Below the pieces are notes generated by a model, which was not told the DNA's origin, did no database searches, and was given only the letters and a program-made list of their open reading frames with translations. 64,000 nt of DNA from Pseudomonadota bacterium (GTDB lineage Bacteria; Pseudomonadota; Alphaproteobacteria; Caulobacterales; Aquidulcibacteraceae). Below, piece by piece: positions 37,087-47,040 of this stretch (its first letter is position 1; each line of letters opens with the position of its first letter). Location: positions 5,762 through 69,761 of the forward strand of contig JBEAVQ010000003.1 of NCBI GenBank assembly GCA_041160865.1. Reading direction: 5' to 3'. The position numbers and the translations under genes were made by a program.

Positions 37087-39014
37087 ATGTGTTTTAAAAA
37101 TCCGGTTGCCGCCGTGGATGACTTGCAAACCCTTGATGATATCTTGAGCAATCTGCCGCATGGCATTTTTGTTCGATGCAAAGACGAAATTCTATTTGCA
37201 AACAAGGCCGCTGCACGGGTCTTTGGATTTAACACCGTCCGAGAGCTGACGGATCATCGCGCAGTCAACGCAATGATGGGCACGTTCGTGCAGCCTCAAA
37301 CGAGGCCAGAGCGCAGGTTTGCTTACTTTTCAACCAAGGACGGCGAATTGTTTTTCGCCGATGCAACCGAGCGGGTGATCGATTTTCCAGGTCAGCAAGC
37401 GGTACAAATTACACTCAATACGCCACTTCAATCGGCCGAAGATTTGTCAAATTCGCAAACCTTGGTGGAGCGTTATGCCTTGGCACTGCATCACGCTAAG
37501 CTTGGCGTTTGGGATCACGACTGTGTCGCCAACTCCCATTAGTTTTCACCATCCTGCCGCGACATTTTGGGCCTTCCCCAGGCAGACTCACGCACATTTC
37601 AGTCTGTATTTGAAGACCTGATCTATCCTGAAGATCGGTCTTTGGTGCGCGCAGCTTGTGCAAAGGCATTTGGCGAACGCGTGCCTATACGGCGCAATTT
37701 CGAATTATGTTGCCAACTGGTGAGATACGCTGGGTGTCGGCGACGGACACAAGCATCCATGACAGCAACGGCCTTGTATTGCGCTTTGCCGGTACAATCG
37801 TGGACATTAGCGACCAGAAGCACAAAGAGCGCGAATTGATCGAAGCGCGAACAACTGCCCAAGCAGGGCTTGAGGCCAAAAACCGTTTTGTATCAGGCCT
37901 CAGTCATGAGTTTCGTACCCCCATTTACGCGCTTATGGCCCTACAGCGACTCCTCAAGGAACAAGCAAACCGGCCCGAACTAACAAACTTGGTTGAGGCT
38001 TCTGAATTAGCCGGGGAGCAATTATTGTCGCTGGTCGATTCAGCGCTTGACCTTTCCGGGATAGACTCCAGCACGGTGGATGTCCGCACAAACCCGTTTC
38101 CGCTCGCCAAGACCTGCTTGACAGCGTGTGACGCCATGAATTTGCGCACCGCGGCGCGTCGGATTGACCTTCAACTCGATATAGATCACGCTGCGCAGGC
38201 CAATTTCCTCGGCGACTAAAAGCTGTTCTTGCGGACGCTACAAGCTATGTTGCGCCACGCGATTGAGCGCAGTGGGCCGGGCACCATGAAAGTGCGCCTC
38301 AGTGCTGGTGAGAATGGCCATGGTGCCTTGGTCGTCTTGCAGGATCTCGGTGCGCCTTATTCTAGTCTTGAAGCCCGCAGCCTGTTTGAGCCCTTCTCCA
38401 GCATTCAAACACCCGATAATCTCATCACGCAAAGCAATGGGATTGATCTGCCTTTGGCGCGCAAACTAGCGCGGGCCATGGGCGGCGACGTCACAATTGC
38501 CACGCGGGGCACCCGCAATGGTTCGATCCAATTCTATCTGCCGCTCGAACGGGTGGCGAGTAATCTGGATGAGCCGATTGTGTCGATCGATCATACCCGC
38601 GCTTTGTGCATTTTGGTTGTGGAAGACGATTTGATTAATCAAAGGATCATAGCCGTCATCCTTGAACAATTAGGCCATTCCTGCGTGATTGTTGCCGATG
38701 GTGTTATGTGTTTGGAGACAATCCAGAAAGCCCGCTTCGATGCCATTTTGATGGATTTGCAAATGCCCAACATGGATGGCTATTAAGCCACACGCCAGAT
38801 TCGGGCTATAGAGGCAGACTTGCAGGCGGTCGATTTTCCAGCGATGCCGATAATTGCTTTGATCGCTGATGCGCGACCGGAGACGCATGAGGACGCTTTT
38901 GCGGCGGGCATGACCGGCTTTTTGAATAAGCCGATCTCAATTCCAGAGCTTTATGAGGCTTTAGCCCCAATCGCCGCAGCCTTAGCCGAAGAACCCACAA
39001 CACAGCGTGGGTAA
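37087..39014 (+). pseudogene. Decayed PAS-PAS-HisKA-HATPase-REC hybrid histidine kinase
   Basis: In-frame stops at 37540-42, 38217-19, 38784-86 and a frameshift near 37685; SHEFRTP H-box, ILVVEDD and DAILMDLQMP receiver motifs. Confidence 0.88.
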
Positions 39015-39180
39015 ATCGGCAGGGGCCACTGGACTAGTCTAGGCGCTTGAACTCAATCAGGTTCAAGAGAGCCATGGCACCAACGGCCAAAACGAGTGCG
39101 AGGATGGCATACATTGTGGAAACTCCTTATGTCGTTGGGTGTCTCTCTAGCGGCATTGGCACGCGCCGCCAAGTCACCCT

Positions 39181-39648
39181 ATGCAAAGCCTCATGATAAA
39201 GTTTCTTCGCAAATCTGTGATACATACGTGGTTCCGACTGTCGCGCGGGGCGACCTTGGGTGTGCGCATTCTGGCGATAGACGCCCAAGACCGTGTTTGC
39301 TTGGTGCGCCACACCTATTTGCCCGGCTGGCACCTTCCGGGCGGCGGAGTGGAAAGTGGAGAACACGCGCTAGATGCGGCCATCAAAGAAGCGCGCGAGG
39401 AAGCAGGCCTGATTATTCGACCTGAAGACTTACGCCTGATCTCCATTCACACCAATTTTGCCTATTTCAAAGGCGACCATGTCTTACTTTATCGAGCCGA
39501 CGCGTGGACAACCCAGCCAACCGACCGCGCCCATGAGATCGCAGAGCATGGCTTTTTCTCGCTGAACGATTTGCCAATTGGCACAACGGCCAGCACCCAC
39601 CGCCGGCTTTCAGAAGCAAAAGACGGGCTTAGTTCGCCGACTTGGTAG
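39181..39648 (+). CDS. NUDIX hydrolase
   Basis: Nudix box GGGVESGEHALDAAIKEAREEAG. Confidence 0.88.
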   Translation: MQSLMIKFLRKSVIHTWFRLSRGATLGVRILAIDAQDRVCLVRHTYLPGWHLPGGGVESGEHALDAAIKEAREEAGLIIRPEDLRLISIHTNFAYFKGDHVLLYRADAWTTQPTDRAHEIAEHGFFSLNDLPIGTTASTHRRLSEAKDGLSSPTW

Positions 39649-40864
39649 AAGCTGTTGGCGCTTTTGCTGCGGCCTCTGCATCGATCAAATCTTGGACTTG
39701 CTTGTAGAAGACTTCCCGGGCTGCCCCCTCGGGCCCATCTGTCGCGCGGGTCCAATTGGCGTTGGAGGCAATCACCAACTTGCGCTTGGGATCTATAAAG
39801 ATGCCTTGCCCAAAAATGCCCTGTGCCGACACGCTGCCGTCATCATAAGTCCACCATTGATAGCCATAGCCACGCCCCGGCTCGCCATAATCCATTTTCT
39901 TGGTGGTCGCTTTGGCAAACCAGTCGGCGGGGACCACTTGGCTGTCACCAATCTTACCGCCAGCCAACACAAATTGCCCCATGCGAGCATAGTCGCGGAT
40001 TGCCATCTGCAAACAACAACCGGCAATCTCCTGACCCGTGCTGTTGAGGATCCAAGTTGCCTTTTGTTCCATGCCGAACGGCTTCCAAATCTTCTCAGAC
40101 AAATAGGTCGCAAGTGGCTTTTTGGTGGCAGAACTGACCAAAATGCCAACCAAATTGGTCTCGCCAGTATTATAGTTCCAAACAGTACCGGGAGCGTGGG
40201 CACGGGGTAGTTTGCGCATATAGCTGGTCGTGGCATCAACGCCATCATCAGCCTTTGCATTATTGAACTTCGCTACATCCGAGTTTGGGTTTTCATAATC
40301 CTCATTCCACGCAACACCCGACGACATGGTGAGCAATTGCTCCACCGTCACATCGTCATAGGCAGAGCCTTTGAGGCCCGGAATATAGGTTGAAACTTTA
40401 TCAGACAGGCTCTTGATATAGCCGTCCTGAATGGCGGCCCCCACCAAAGTGGAAGTGTAGGACTTAGCGACAGAAAAGCTTGTCCAGCGACCAGCGGCGT
40501 CAAAGCCGAGGCCATATTTCTCGAACCGGACCTTCCCATCTTGGATGATGACAATGCCAGACGAACGCTGTGCCTGCATATAAGCGTCGATATTCGGGAT
40601 CGCTAAGGGGGCACCAACAGGCAGGTCTGACGCCTTAGGCCCTGCCTCGACCACATGGCTTTTAGCCAAAAAATCCAACCGATCCATCGCCCGAAACGCG
40701 GCATCGCGCTGGGGAATAGACCAGAACAAAACATCCCTATTGGTCGGCAATTGCGCTAAAACGCCTTTGGTTTCTTTATCCAAGCCATTGAAGGCAAACG
40801 CACCCGCACCAGCCAAAACGAGCGCAGCAATCCCAAGAACCGGGGCCAAGAAACCTTTTTTCAT
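39629..40864 (-). CDS. Secreted serine hydrolase, beta-lactamase class C / NylB-like
   Basis: Signal peptide, SFSVAKS (SxxK), WNYNTGET (YxT), GIFGQGIFIDP. Confidence 0.88.
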   Translation of the reverse strand: MKKGFLAPVLGIAALVLAGAGAFAFNGLDKETKGVLAQLPTNRDVLFWSIPQRDAAFRAMDRLDFLAKSHVVEAGPKASDLPVGAPLAIPNIDAYMQAQRSSGIVIIQDGKVRFEKYGLGFDAAGRWTSFSVAKSYTSTLVGAAIQDGYIKSLSDKVSTYIPGLKGSAYDDVTVEQLLTMSSGVAWNEDYENPNSDVAKFNNAKADDGVDATTSYMRKLPRAHAPGTVWNYNTGETNLVGILVSSATKKPLATYLSEKIWKPFGMEQKATWILNSTGQEIAGCCLQMAIRDYARMGQFVLAGGKIGDSQVVPADWFAKATTKKMDYGEPGRGYGYQWWTYDDGSVSAQGIFGQGIFIDPKRKLVIASNANWTRATDGPEGAAREVFYKQVQDLIDAEAAAKAPTASTKSAN

Positions 40865-40872
40865 GAACGCTC

Positions 40873-41748
40873 CTATGCGTGTTTGCCGCGTACCAGCGCA
40901 TCATAGGTGTGGACCATATCTTCACACACACGGCCTGGCTGGTAGTGGATGCCAGCAATCTCTTTGACTGGTGTTACTTCTGCTGCGGTGCCTGTGATGA
41001 AGCATTCAGAGAAATTGCCGAGTTCCTCAGGCATGATCGTCCGCTCAACCACTTCATAGCCCTTTTTGCGCGCGAGGCGGATCACGGTCTGCCGCGTGAT
41101 GCCATTGAGGAAGCAATCGGGCACGGGGGTATGGATCGCCCCGTCTTGTATGAAAAAGACATTCGCACCAGTGGCTTCGGCCACATGACCGCGCCAATCG
41201 AGCATCAAGGCATCTGCATAGCCTTCCGCTTCTGCGGCATGCTTTGAATCTGTACAGATCATGTAAAGACCAGCCGCTTTGGCTTCACAGGGGGCGGTCT
41301 TTGGATCGGGCCTGCGCCATTTAGCGTGGGTCATGCGAATCCCGCTCATCTTATCGGCGAAGTAACTGCCCCATTCCCAGACAGCAACTGCGGCGCGGAT
41401 GGTGCTTTGTTGTGCTGACACGCCCATCATTTCGCTGCCCCGCCACATAACAGGGCGGATGTAGCAATTTTCAAAGCCGTTGCGGGCCATGGCTTCGGCC
41501 TTGGCGGACTCAATATCTGCCACAGTGAATGCGGGCTTCATCCCCAAAATCTCTGCCGACCGGAACAAACGCTCTGTATGGCGCAGGCTTTCAAAGATCT
41601 GACCGTCATAGGCGCGCTCGCCCTCAAAGATCGACGAGCCGTAATGGAGACCATGGGTCAAGACGTGCACTTTCGCCTCGCGCCAAGGCTTAAATTCGCC
41701 GTCCATCCAGATCCAGCCGTCGCGATCGTCGTAAGGAATGAAAGTCAT
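40873..41748 (-). CDS. ilvE: Branched-chain amino acid aminotransferase
   Basis: HVLTHGLHYGSSIFEGER, AKAAGLY, EATGANVF, LNGITRQT, TGTAAEVTP; start set at MTFIP. Confidence 0.95.
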   Translation of the reverse strand: MTFIPYDDRDGWIWMDGEFKPWREAKVHVLTHGLHYGSSIFEGERAYDGQIFESLRHTERLFRSAEILGMKPAFTVADIESAKAEAMARNGFENCYIRPVMWRGSEMMGVSAQQSTIRAAVAVWEWGSYFADKMSGIRMTHAKWRRPDPKTAPCEAKAAGLYMICTDSKHAAEAEGYADALMLDWRGHVAEATGANVFFIQDGAIHTPVPDCFLNGITRQTVIRLARKKGYEVVERTIMPEELGNFSECFITGTAAEVTPVKEIAGIHYQPGRVCEDMVHTYDALVRGKHA

Positions 41749-41844
41749 GTGTCTTGCGCCTAGTTCAGTGTATAGGTTTATCAAAGCTTCACAGTCGGTG
41801 GGCTTGAACCCAAATGCGATGAGACGCAATCTCTTGGACCAGCC

Positions 41845-42399
41845 ATGACTGTCAACACCTTACCGAACGCTTTTGCCAGATCAAGCAGCCCTGCCGCAGG
41901 CGGGCCACGCCTCTATTTACGCGAAGATGAGCTCGACCGCGGGGTTTCCTTGATTTTTAAGGCGGGTGATTTGTTGAAGGCGTCCACAGAAGCACTTAGA
42001 CAACAACACCAAGTTTCTTGGGCCGAAGCGCGTTGCCTGTGCGAATTATTGGGCCATCCCCTCCCAGTTCTAAAGCTTGCAGCAGAACTTGGACTGAGCA
42101 AACAAGCCATGTTAAAGACGCTCGACGAATTAGAATCGCGCACTTGGTTGCACCGCGCAGAAGATTCGCGCGATGGACGGCGCAAAATTGTTCATCTCAC
42201 CGCCCAAGGCACCACGGTCGCAACCGAACTGGCTTTGGCTATGCGCAGCTGTTTGGCCGCCGCATACCGGGTCGCAGGCAGTGAAGCTGTGGCGGGGTGC
42301 GACAAAGTCCTTTCTACGCTTATAGGGTCGCCCACCGGAATTACCTCGTCTGCAACATCGAACGTGTCACCAAAACCCACACCTAATAGAGCTCCCTAA
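41845..42399 (+). CDS. petP: MarR-family regulator, PetP-like
   Basis: PRLYLREDELDRG N-terminus, winged HTH, DSRDGRRKIVHLT; divergent from ilvE and coupled to an OmpR-type gene. Confidence 0.7.
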   Translation: MTVNTLPNAFARSSSPAAGGPRLYLREDELDRGVSLIFKAGDLLKASTEALRQQHQVSWAEARCLCELLGHPLPVLKLAAELGLSKQAMLKTLDELESRTWLHRAEDSRDGRRKIVHLTAQGTTVATELALAMRSCLAAAYRVAGSEAVAGCDKVLSTLIGSPTGITSSATSNVSPKPTPNRAP

Positions 42400-43094
42400 T
42401 GGCCCCTCGAGCACCAGCCGATCATCCAGCCCACCTGCTTGTTGTCGATGATGATGATCGCATTCGCAGCCTCTTGAAGCGCTATCTCAGTGGCCTTGGT
42501 TATTCAGTGACCGAGGCTTCAGATGCGGCTAGCGCCCGCAAGCTAATGGATGCCTTGATGTTTGATCTTGTTATCTTGGACGTGATGATGCCAGGGGAGG
42601 ATGGCGTTTCGCTGACCCGTTCCGTAAGAGGTGAGCGCGATACGCCCATCATTCTTCTGACCGCTTTGGGTGACCCAAGCCACAGGATTGAGGGTCTCAC
42701 TGCGGGTGCCGACGATTACCTCGGCAAGCCTTTTGAGCCTGAGGAATTGGCTTTACGCGTCGCAGCAATCTTAAAGCGCGCGCGCCCTGCTCCTGCAGCC
42801 GACCTGCTGCTATTAGGTTCTGCCACTTGGAACACCACCAAAGGCGAGTTGCGCCGAGATGGGGCTTTGGTGCGTTTGACCGATGCTGAACGAGATCTGC
42901 TGACCGCCCTAGCAGCCAGACCCGGCGCGACCATCACGCGGGAAGAATTGGCGCGCAAAGCAGGTGTGACGGTCGAGCGGTCGATTGATGTGCAGGTCAC
43001 CCGCTTGCGCCGTAAATTGGAAGATGATCCGGCAGAGCCTCATTATCTGCAGACGGTCCGTGGGCTTGGCTATCGGTTGATGCATGATGCGTAA
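42399..43094 (+). CDS. petR: OmpR-family response regulator, PetR-like
   Basis: LLVVDDD, DVMMPG, GADDYLGKPF, RSIDVQVTRLRRK, LQTVRGLGY. Confidence 0.8.
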   Translation: MAPRAPADHPAHLLVVDDDDRIRSLLKRYLSGLGYSVTEASDAASARKLMDALMFDLVILDVMMPGEDGVSLTRSVRGERDTPIILLTALGDPSHRIEGLTAGADDYLGKPFEPEELALRVAAILKRARPAPAADLLLLGSATWNTTKGELRRDGALVRLTDAERDLLTALAARPGATITREELARKAGVTVERSIDVQVTRLRRKLEDDPAEPHYLQTVRGLGYRLMHDA

Positions 43095-43121
43095 AACTGT
43101 TTTGCGGCAAGGCCTTTTACG

Positions 43122-44432
43122 ATGGACCTAAAGGCGCTGATCCCGCGCGGGCTTTTTGCCCGCTCACTCCTTATCATCGTCTTGCCCGTGGCGATCATGC
43201 AAATGGTCGTAACTTACTTGTTCTTTGATTTGCATTGGGAACAAGTTAGCCGGCGCTTGAGTGAAGGTGCAGCAGGCGATGTTGCCCTCCTTACCCAACT
43301 TTATTCTGACAATCCGACAGCTGAAAACCTCGTTGCCGTTACCAATTATGCACGGGCAGACTTGCGCCTCTCGGTTGCCCTACAGAAGCAGGCCAAATTG
43401 CCAGAGCGAGAGCGCCTTGCGGTGATACCCGCCTTTGACCGTACCTTGCGGCGGGCTTTGTCCGGGTCAGTACGGCAGAAATTCTGGTTTGATACGACGC
43501 GTTATCCCGATTATGTCGACATACGGGTTGAAGTGCCCGGTGGGGTTTTGCGCTTTTTAGCCTATCGCGACCGGGTTTTTGCCTCGACAGGTGGTATCTT
43601 TATTCTTTGGTTAGCAGGCGCGACCATACTTTTGGCCACGGTCTCAGTCCTATTCATCCGCAATCAAGTCCGCCCGATGGAGCGGCTGGCTGATGCAGCT
43701 GATCGGTTCGGACGGGGCGAGAATGTCAGCCTCAAGCCCGCAGGTTCAGCCGAAGTGCGTCGGGCAACCTTAGCCTTCTTGCAGATGCGCGGGCGCATTC
43801 AACGCCATATCGAGCAACGCACGAATCTGCTTGCCGGGGTCAGCCATGATTTACGCACCCCGCTTACGCGTCTCAAGCTGCAATTGGCCATGATGCCCCC
43901 TTCCAGCGATATTGACGAAGCACGCAAAGATATAGTCGAGATGGAGGGGATGCTCGAAGAGTATTTGGCCTTTGCGCAAGGCCAATGGTCGGAAGAACCA
44001 GAAGCGGTGGATCTGGCTGAAATTGGCCGAGCCATCATTCAAGATGCTTCCCGCGCTGGTCGCGAAATAGATGGGTCCGGCCTTTCTGCTAACCTGCCCA
44101 CCTCGGGCCGCCCGATCGCCTTAAAACGCTGCCTTTCTAACCTCGTTGAGAATGCCCTGTCCTTTGGTCAAACGGTAGCGATTAGTTCATCGGAGAGCAG
44201 CGACGCCATCTATCTTTATGTTGACGATGATGGCCCTGGGATTCCGCCTGAAAGCTACGAAGAGGCGCTAAAGCCATTTTCCAGGCTAGATCCGGCCCGC
44301 AACCAGAATCGCAAGGGGGTCGGGTTGGGGCTGGCGCTTGCTTATGACGCGGCCCGCTCACACGGTGGCAACTTGGCGCTGTCGCGCTCTACCTTGGGGG
44401 GTCTTCGGGTGAGTGTCCGTCTGCCGCTTTAG
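43122..44432 (+). CDS. EnvZ-like sensor histidine kinase (2 TM, HAMP, HisKA, HATPase)
   Basis: GVSHDLRTPL, SNLVENAL, DDDGPG, GVGLGLA. Confidence 0.92.
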   Translation: MDLKALIPRGLFARSLLIIVLPVAIMQMVVTYLFFDLHWEQVSRRLSEGAAGDVALLTQLYSDNPTAENLVAVTNYARADLRLSVALQKQAKLPERERLAVIPAFDRTLRRALSGSVRQKFWFDTTRYPDYVDIRVEVPGGVLRFLAYRDRVFASTGGIFILWLAGATILLATVSVLFIRNQVRPMERLADAADRFGRGENVSLKPAGSAEVRRATLAFLQMRGRIQRHIEQRTNLLAGVSHDLRTPLTRLKLQLAMMPPSSDIDEARKDIVEMEGMLEEYLAFAQGQWSEEPEAVDLAEIGRAIIQDASRAGREIDGSGLSANLPTSGRPIALKRCLSNLVENALSFGQTVAISSSESSDAIYLYVDDDGPGIPPESYEEALKPFSRLDPARNQNRKGVGLGLALAYDAARSHGGNLALSRSTLGGLRVSVRLPL

Positions 44433-45063
44433 GGTGCTTTGGGCGCAACGAACCCGATTTCAGAAACTCAGCGAATTGATCGCCGCAGTCCAACCGATCT
44501 TCGCTCTCGCGCAGCGTTTGGTCGAGGCCCGCCATGGTCTTAGACAAGTCGGCATCATCCTTCAGCCAGAGCGCTTCTGCTAGGCGCAACCGACGGGCAA
44601 GCCCTAGGACACGGGCGGCAGCCTTGAGGCTATCGGTTGAAATACCTACCGCTTCTAAAGCCCAAGCCGCGGTCCGCAGCCTTCTTGCGGCGCGAGCAAA
44701 CCCTGCAACAGGTTCTTGGGTATCAGCTTCTAGGATCGAAACCCAAGCGGCCCGTTGATCCTGCATCGCATCAAATCGTGCCATCAAAACATCAAACAAA
44801 CGATCCCGGGTTGACGCTTCTTCTTCGATATATACCGAAGCTTCCAGCATCGCACGATCCAACATTTGGTCGAGATATTCGACTACAGAAAAGCGCGTAA
44901 TCCCAGCTTCCGCGCAGGCCGAAAGGCTTTGTCCTGCCTGTTGGCAAAGGCTGAGCAAGCCGACATCAGCCCATGATTTTTCGGCGCACAGAGCCAAAGC
45001 CGCTTCGCCCAGGGCTTTAAGGAGCGTTGTGTGCAAGGATGGGTCGCGGTTGATCATGCGCAC
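44389..45063 (-). CDS. TetR-like helical protein
   Basis: N-terminal HTH-like AALALCAEKSWADVGLLSLCQQAG; RDRLFDVLMARFDAM; WLKDDADLSKTMAGLD. Confidence 0.6.
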   Translation of the reverse strand: MRMINRDPSLHTTLLKALGEAALALCAEKSWADVGLLSLCQQAGQSLSACAEAGITRFSVVEYLDQMLDRAMLEASVYIEEEASTRDRLFDVLMARFDAMQDQRAAWVSILEADTQEPVAGFARAARRLRTAAWALEAVGISTDSLKAAARVLGLARRLRLAEALWLKDDADLSKTMAGLDQTLRESEDRLDCGDQFAEFLKSGSLRPKHPKAADGHSPEDPPR

Positions 45064-45089
45064 AATATAGGGTGCAATGGACTGCGCGG

Positions 45090-45905
45090 CTACTTGCCCA
45101 ATTGGCGCGAGCGATGGATCGCCGCTTCAACCGCGCGCCGTACCAAGGTTACAATCCCGCCACCGGCCGTCAAAGCATCTGTTGCGGCGGCGGTTGTGCC
45201 TTCCGGGCTCGTCACAGCGCGGCGCAAATCCTGCGGGCTTTGCCCGGTTTGCTCCATTAAGGCTGCCGCGCCGATCACAGTCTGCCAAGCCAATCGCTCA
45301 GCCATTGAACGGTCTAGGCCTTCGGCTTCACCAGCTGCCGCCATGGCTTCAGCCAAAAGGAACACATAGGCCGGGCCAGACCCAGACACGGCAGTAACCG
45401 CATCCATCTGCTTTTCGCTTTGAAGCTTTTCCACTGTTCCGAGCGGACGCAAAAGGGAAACTGCCAAAGCTTCCGCCTCAGAGGGCACCGTCGGGCTATT
45501 CCAATAAGCCGTTACGCCTTTTCCGATTTGACCGGGCGTATTGGGCATCGCACGGATCACGTGGCTAGCGCAAAGAACCTCCGTAATCTTGGCCGTGCCA
45601 AGTCCGGCCATAATCGACAGCACCAATGTATGATCAGAAACCAGATGCTTGATGGTCTGTTCACCCAAACTTGGAAACAACTGAGGTTTAATGCCCAAGA
45701 CAACGCAGTCAAAAGGGGCGCACTCGGCAGGGTCCGGGTTCAAGACCCAGTTTTGCGCACCGATAATTTCTGACACTTCCGACGATGGATAAGGCTCATA
45801 CACCACTAAATCGAACGTATCGGACATCGGGACCCATCCGCGCAACATGGCTCCGCCCATCCGGCCACCGCCGACAAGCGCAATTCTCTTTTTCATAAAA
45901 CTCAA
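45090..45905 (-). CDS. proC: Pyrroline-5-carboxylate reductase
   Basis: GGGRMG, RAMPNTP, AVSGSGPAY, VTSPEGTT. Confidence 0.95.
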   Translation of the reverse strand: MSFMKKRIALVGGGRMGGAMLRGWVPMSDTFDLVVYEPYPSSEVSEIIGAQNWVLNPDPAECAPFDCVVLGIKPQLFPSLGEQTIKHLVSDHTLVLSIMAGLGTAKITEVLCASHVIRAMPNTPGQIGKGVTAYWNSPTVPSEAEALAVSLLRPLGTVEKLQSEKQMDAVTAVSGSGPAYVFLLAEAMAAAGEAEGLDRSMAERLAWQTVIGAAALMEQTGQSPQDLRRAVTSPEGTTAAATDALTAGGGIVTLVRRAVEAAIHRSRQLGK

Positions 45906-46423
45906 GCCTCTCCGGCGGTCTCAAACAAAGCTGCTTGGGCGGCCTCTTCAGGTGTTTTGCCCGCCCATAGCAAGAAGTTAAATGCAGGATAAAACCGCTC
46001 ACAGGCTTCCACACCGGCAGCCAGAATGGCCGCCACTTCAGCAGGCTCTGGCGTATCGCGGCCGATCAATGGCACCACCGCCCGCCACGACAGTGCATTA
46101 TCGTCGGAAGAAAGCTCGAAATGACCCAACCAAAGTGCTTCATTCAACAAGGCAAGCAAAGAAGCAATGTCGCCCCGGCGCATGCGAGGGGCCTTCAGGT
46201 CAAAGATTAGACTCAACGCCAAGGAAGGTGCGTCTTCGCGGGCAATAAAAATCCCATGCAAATCACAATAGGTCATGGAAGCGGCAAAGTGGATTTCTTC
46301 GTCTAAACGCTCATAAGCTTTGGAGTCAGCGGCCAGAACGGCTTCAACCGTATCTAGAGTGTCCACATCTTCGAAAAAATCTTCGTCTCGAAGCGTAAAT
46401 TGACGGTCCATGGTAACCTCCAC
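45902..46423 (-). CDS. YbjN-domain protein
   Basis: LLALLNEALWLGHFEL, ERFYPAFNFLLWAGKTPEEA...LFETAGEA; proC-linked. Confidence 0.8.
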   Translation of the reverse strand: MEVTMDRQFTLRDEDFFEDVDTLDTVEAVLAADSKAYERLDEEIHFAASMTYCDLHGIFIAREDAPSLALSLIFDLKAPRMRRGDIASLLALLNEALWLGHFELSSDDNALSWRAVVPLIGRDTPEPAEVAAILAAGVEACERFYPAFNFLLWAGKTPEEAAQAALFETAGEA

Positions 46424-46516
46424 GGTGGTTCGCTTACAAACGGCACACGAATCGCGAGCCGCTATTGGGCATGGTTGGCGGGAATGGCGCGCGCTGCAAG
46501 CGCTGCGCCAATGCTT

Positions 46517-46819
46517 TTAGCTGCTTTTGGCCGATTTTTTTGGTGCGGCTGTTTTTGTTGCCGCTTTTGCGGGCTTTTCCATCGAAGCCTCTAGCGCATC
46601 GAGACGCGCCTTCAGGCTATCAGCCTCGGCGCGGGCAGATGCGGCCAGATCTTTGACGGCGTCAAACTCATCGCGACGCACCAGATCCATGTCCACAACC
46701 ATGCGCTCCATTTGCGAGCGCCAGAAGGCACGGGCCTCTTCGCCCACGCCCTGTGCCACGCCCGCAGCACTGGTCGCTAATTTTGAAAATTCGTCGAGGA
46801 AAGGATTACGTGTTTGCAT
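46517..46819 (-). CDS. ubiK: Ubiquinone biosynthesis accessory factor UbiK / BMFP family
   Basis: MQTRNPFLDEF, MDLVRRDEFDAVK, coiled-coil C-terminus. Confidence 0.8.
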   Translation of the reverse strand: MQTRNPFLDEFSKLATSAAGVAQGVGEEARAFWRSQMERMVVDMDLVRRDEFDAVKDLAASARAEADSLKARLDALEASMEKPAKAATKTAAPKKSAKSS

Positions 46820-47040
46820 AAGGACCTTCTAGCGGGTCTATTCCCGTTGCGCTATGATAAACTTGCATCACCTGCGCGAGACCTGCTGTTCTAGCACAAG
46901 GTGCTTAAGATCGCCTTTGCCGTCACGGTGAAGTTTGTCTTAGCGTTTTCCAAGGCCTTTTAGCGTGGTGCTGTTTTTGTGCACGGCTGTAGTTGTAAGA
47001 GGCTTTGCATCTGTCCCTACTCCTTTGCTAAAGGCCTTGT

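Noticed and set aside
37021-37090. AT-rich stretch before the kinase pseudogene as a CtrA site
   Set aside because: TTAA words present but not at N7 spacing
37087-39014. Stop-codon recoding as an explanation for the in-frame TAA/TAG in the kinase
   Set aside because: TAA and TAG terminate many normal genes in this window, and a frameshift is also present
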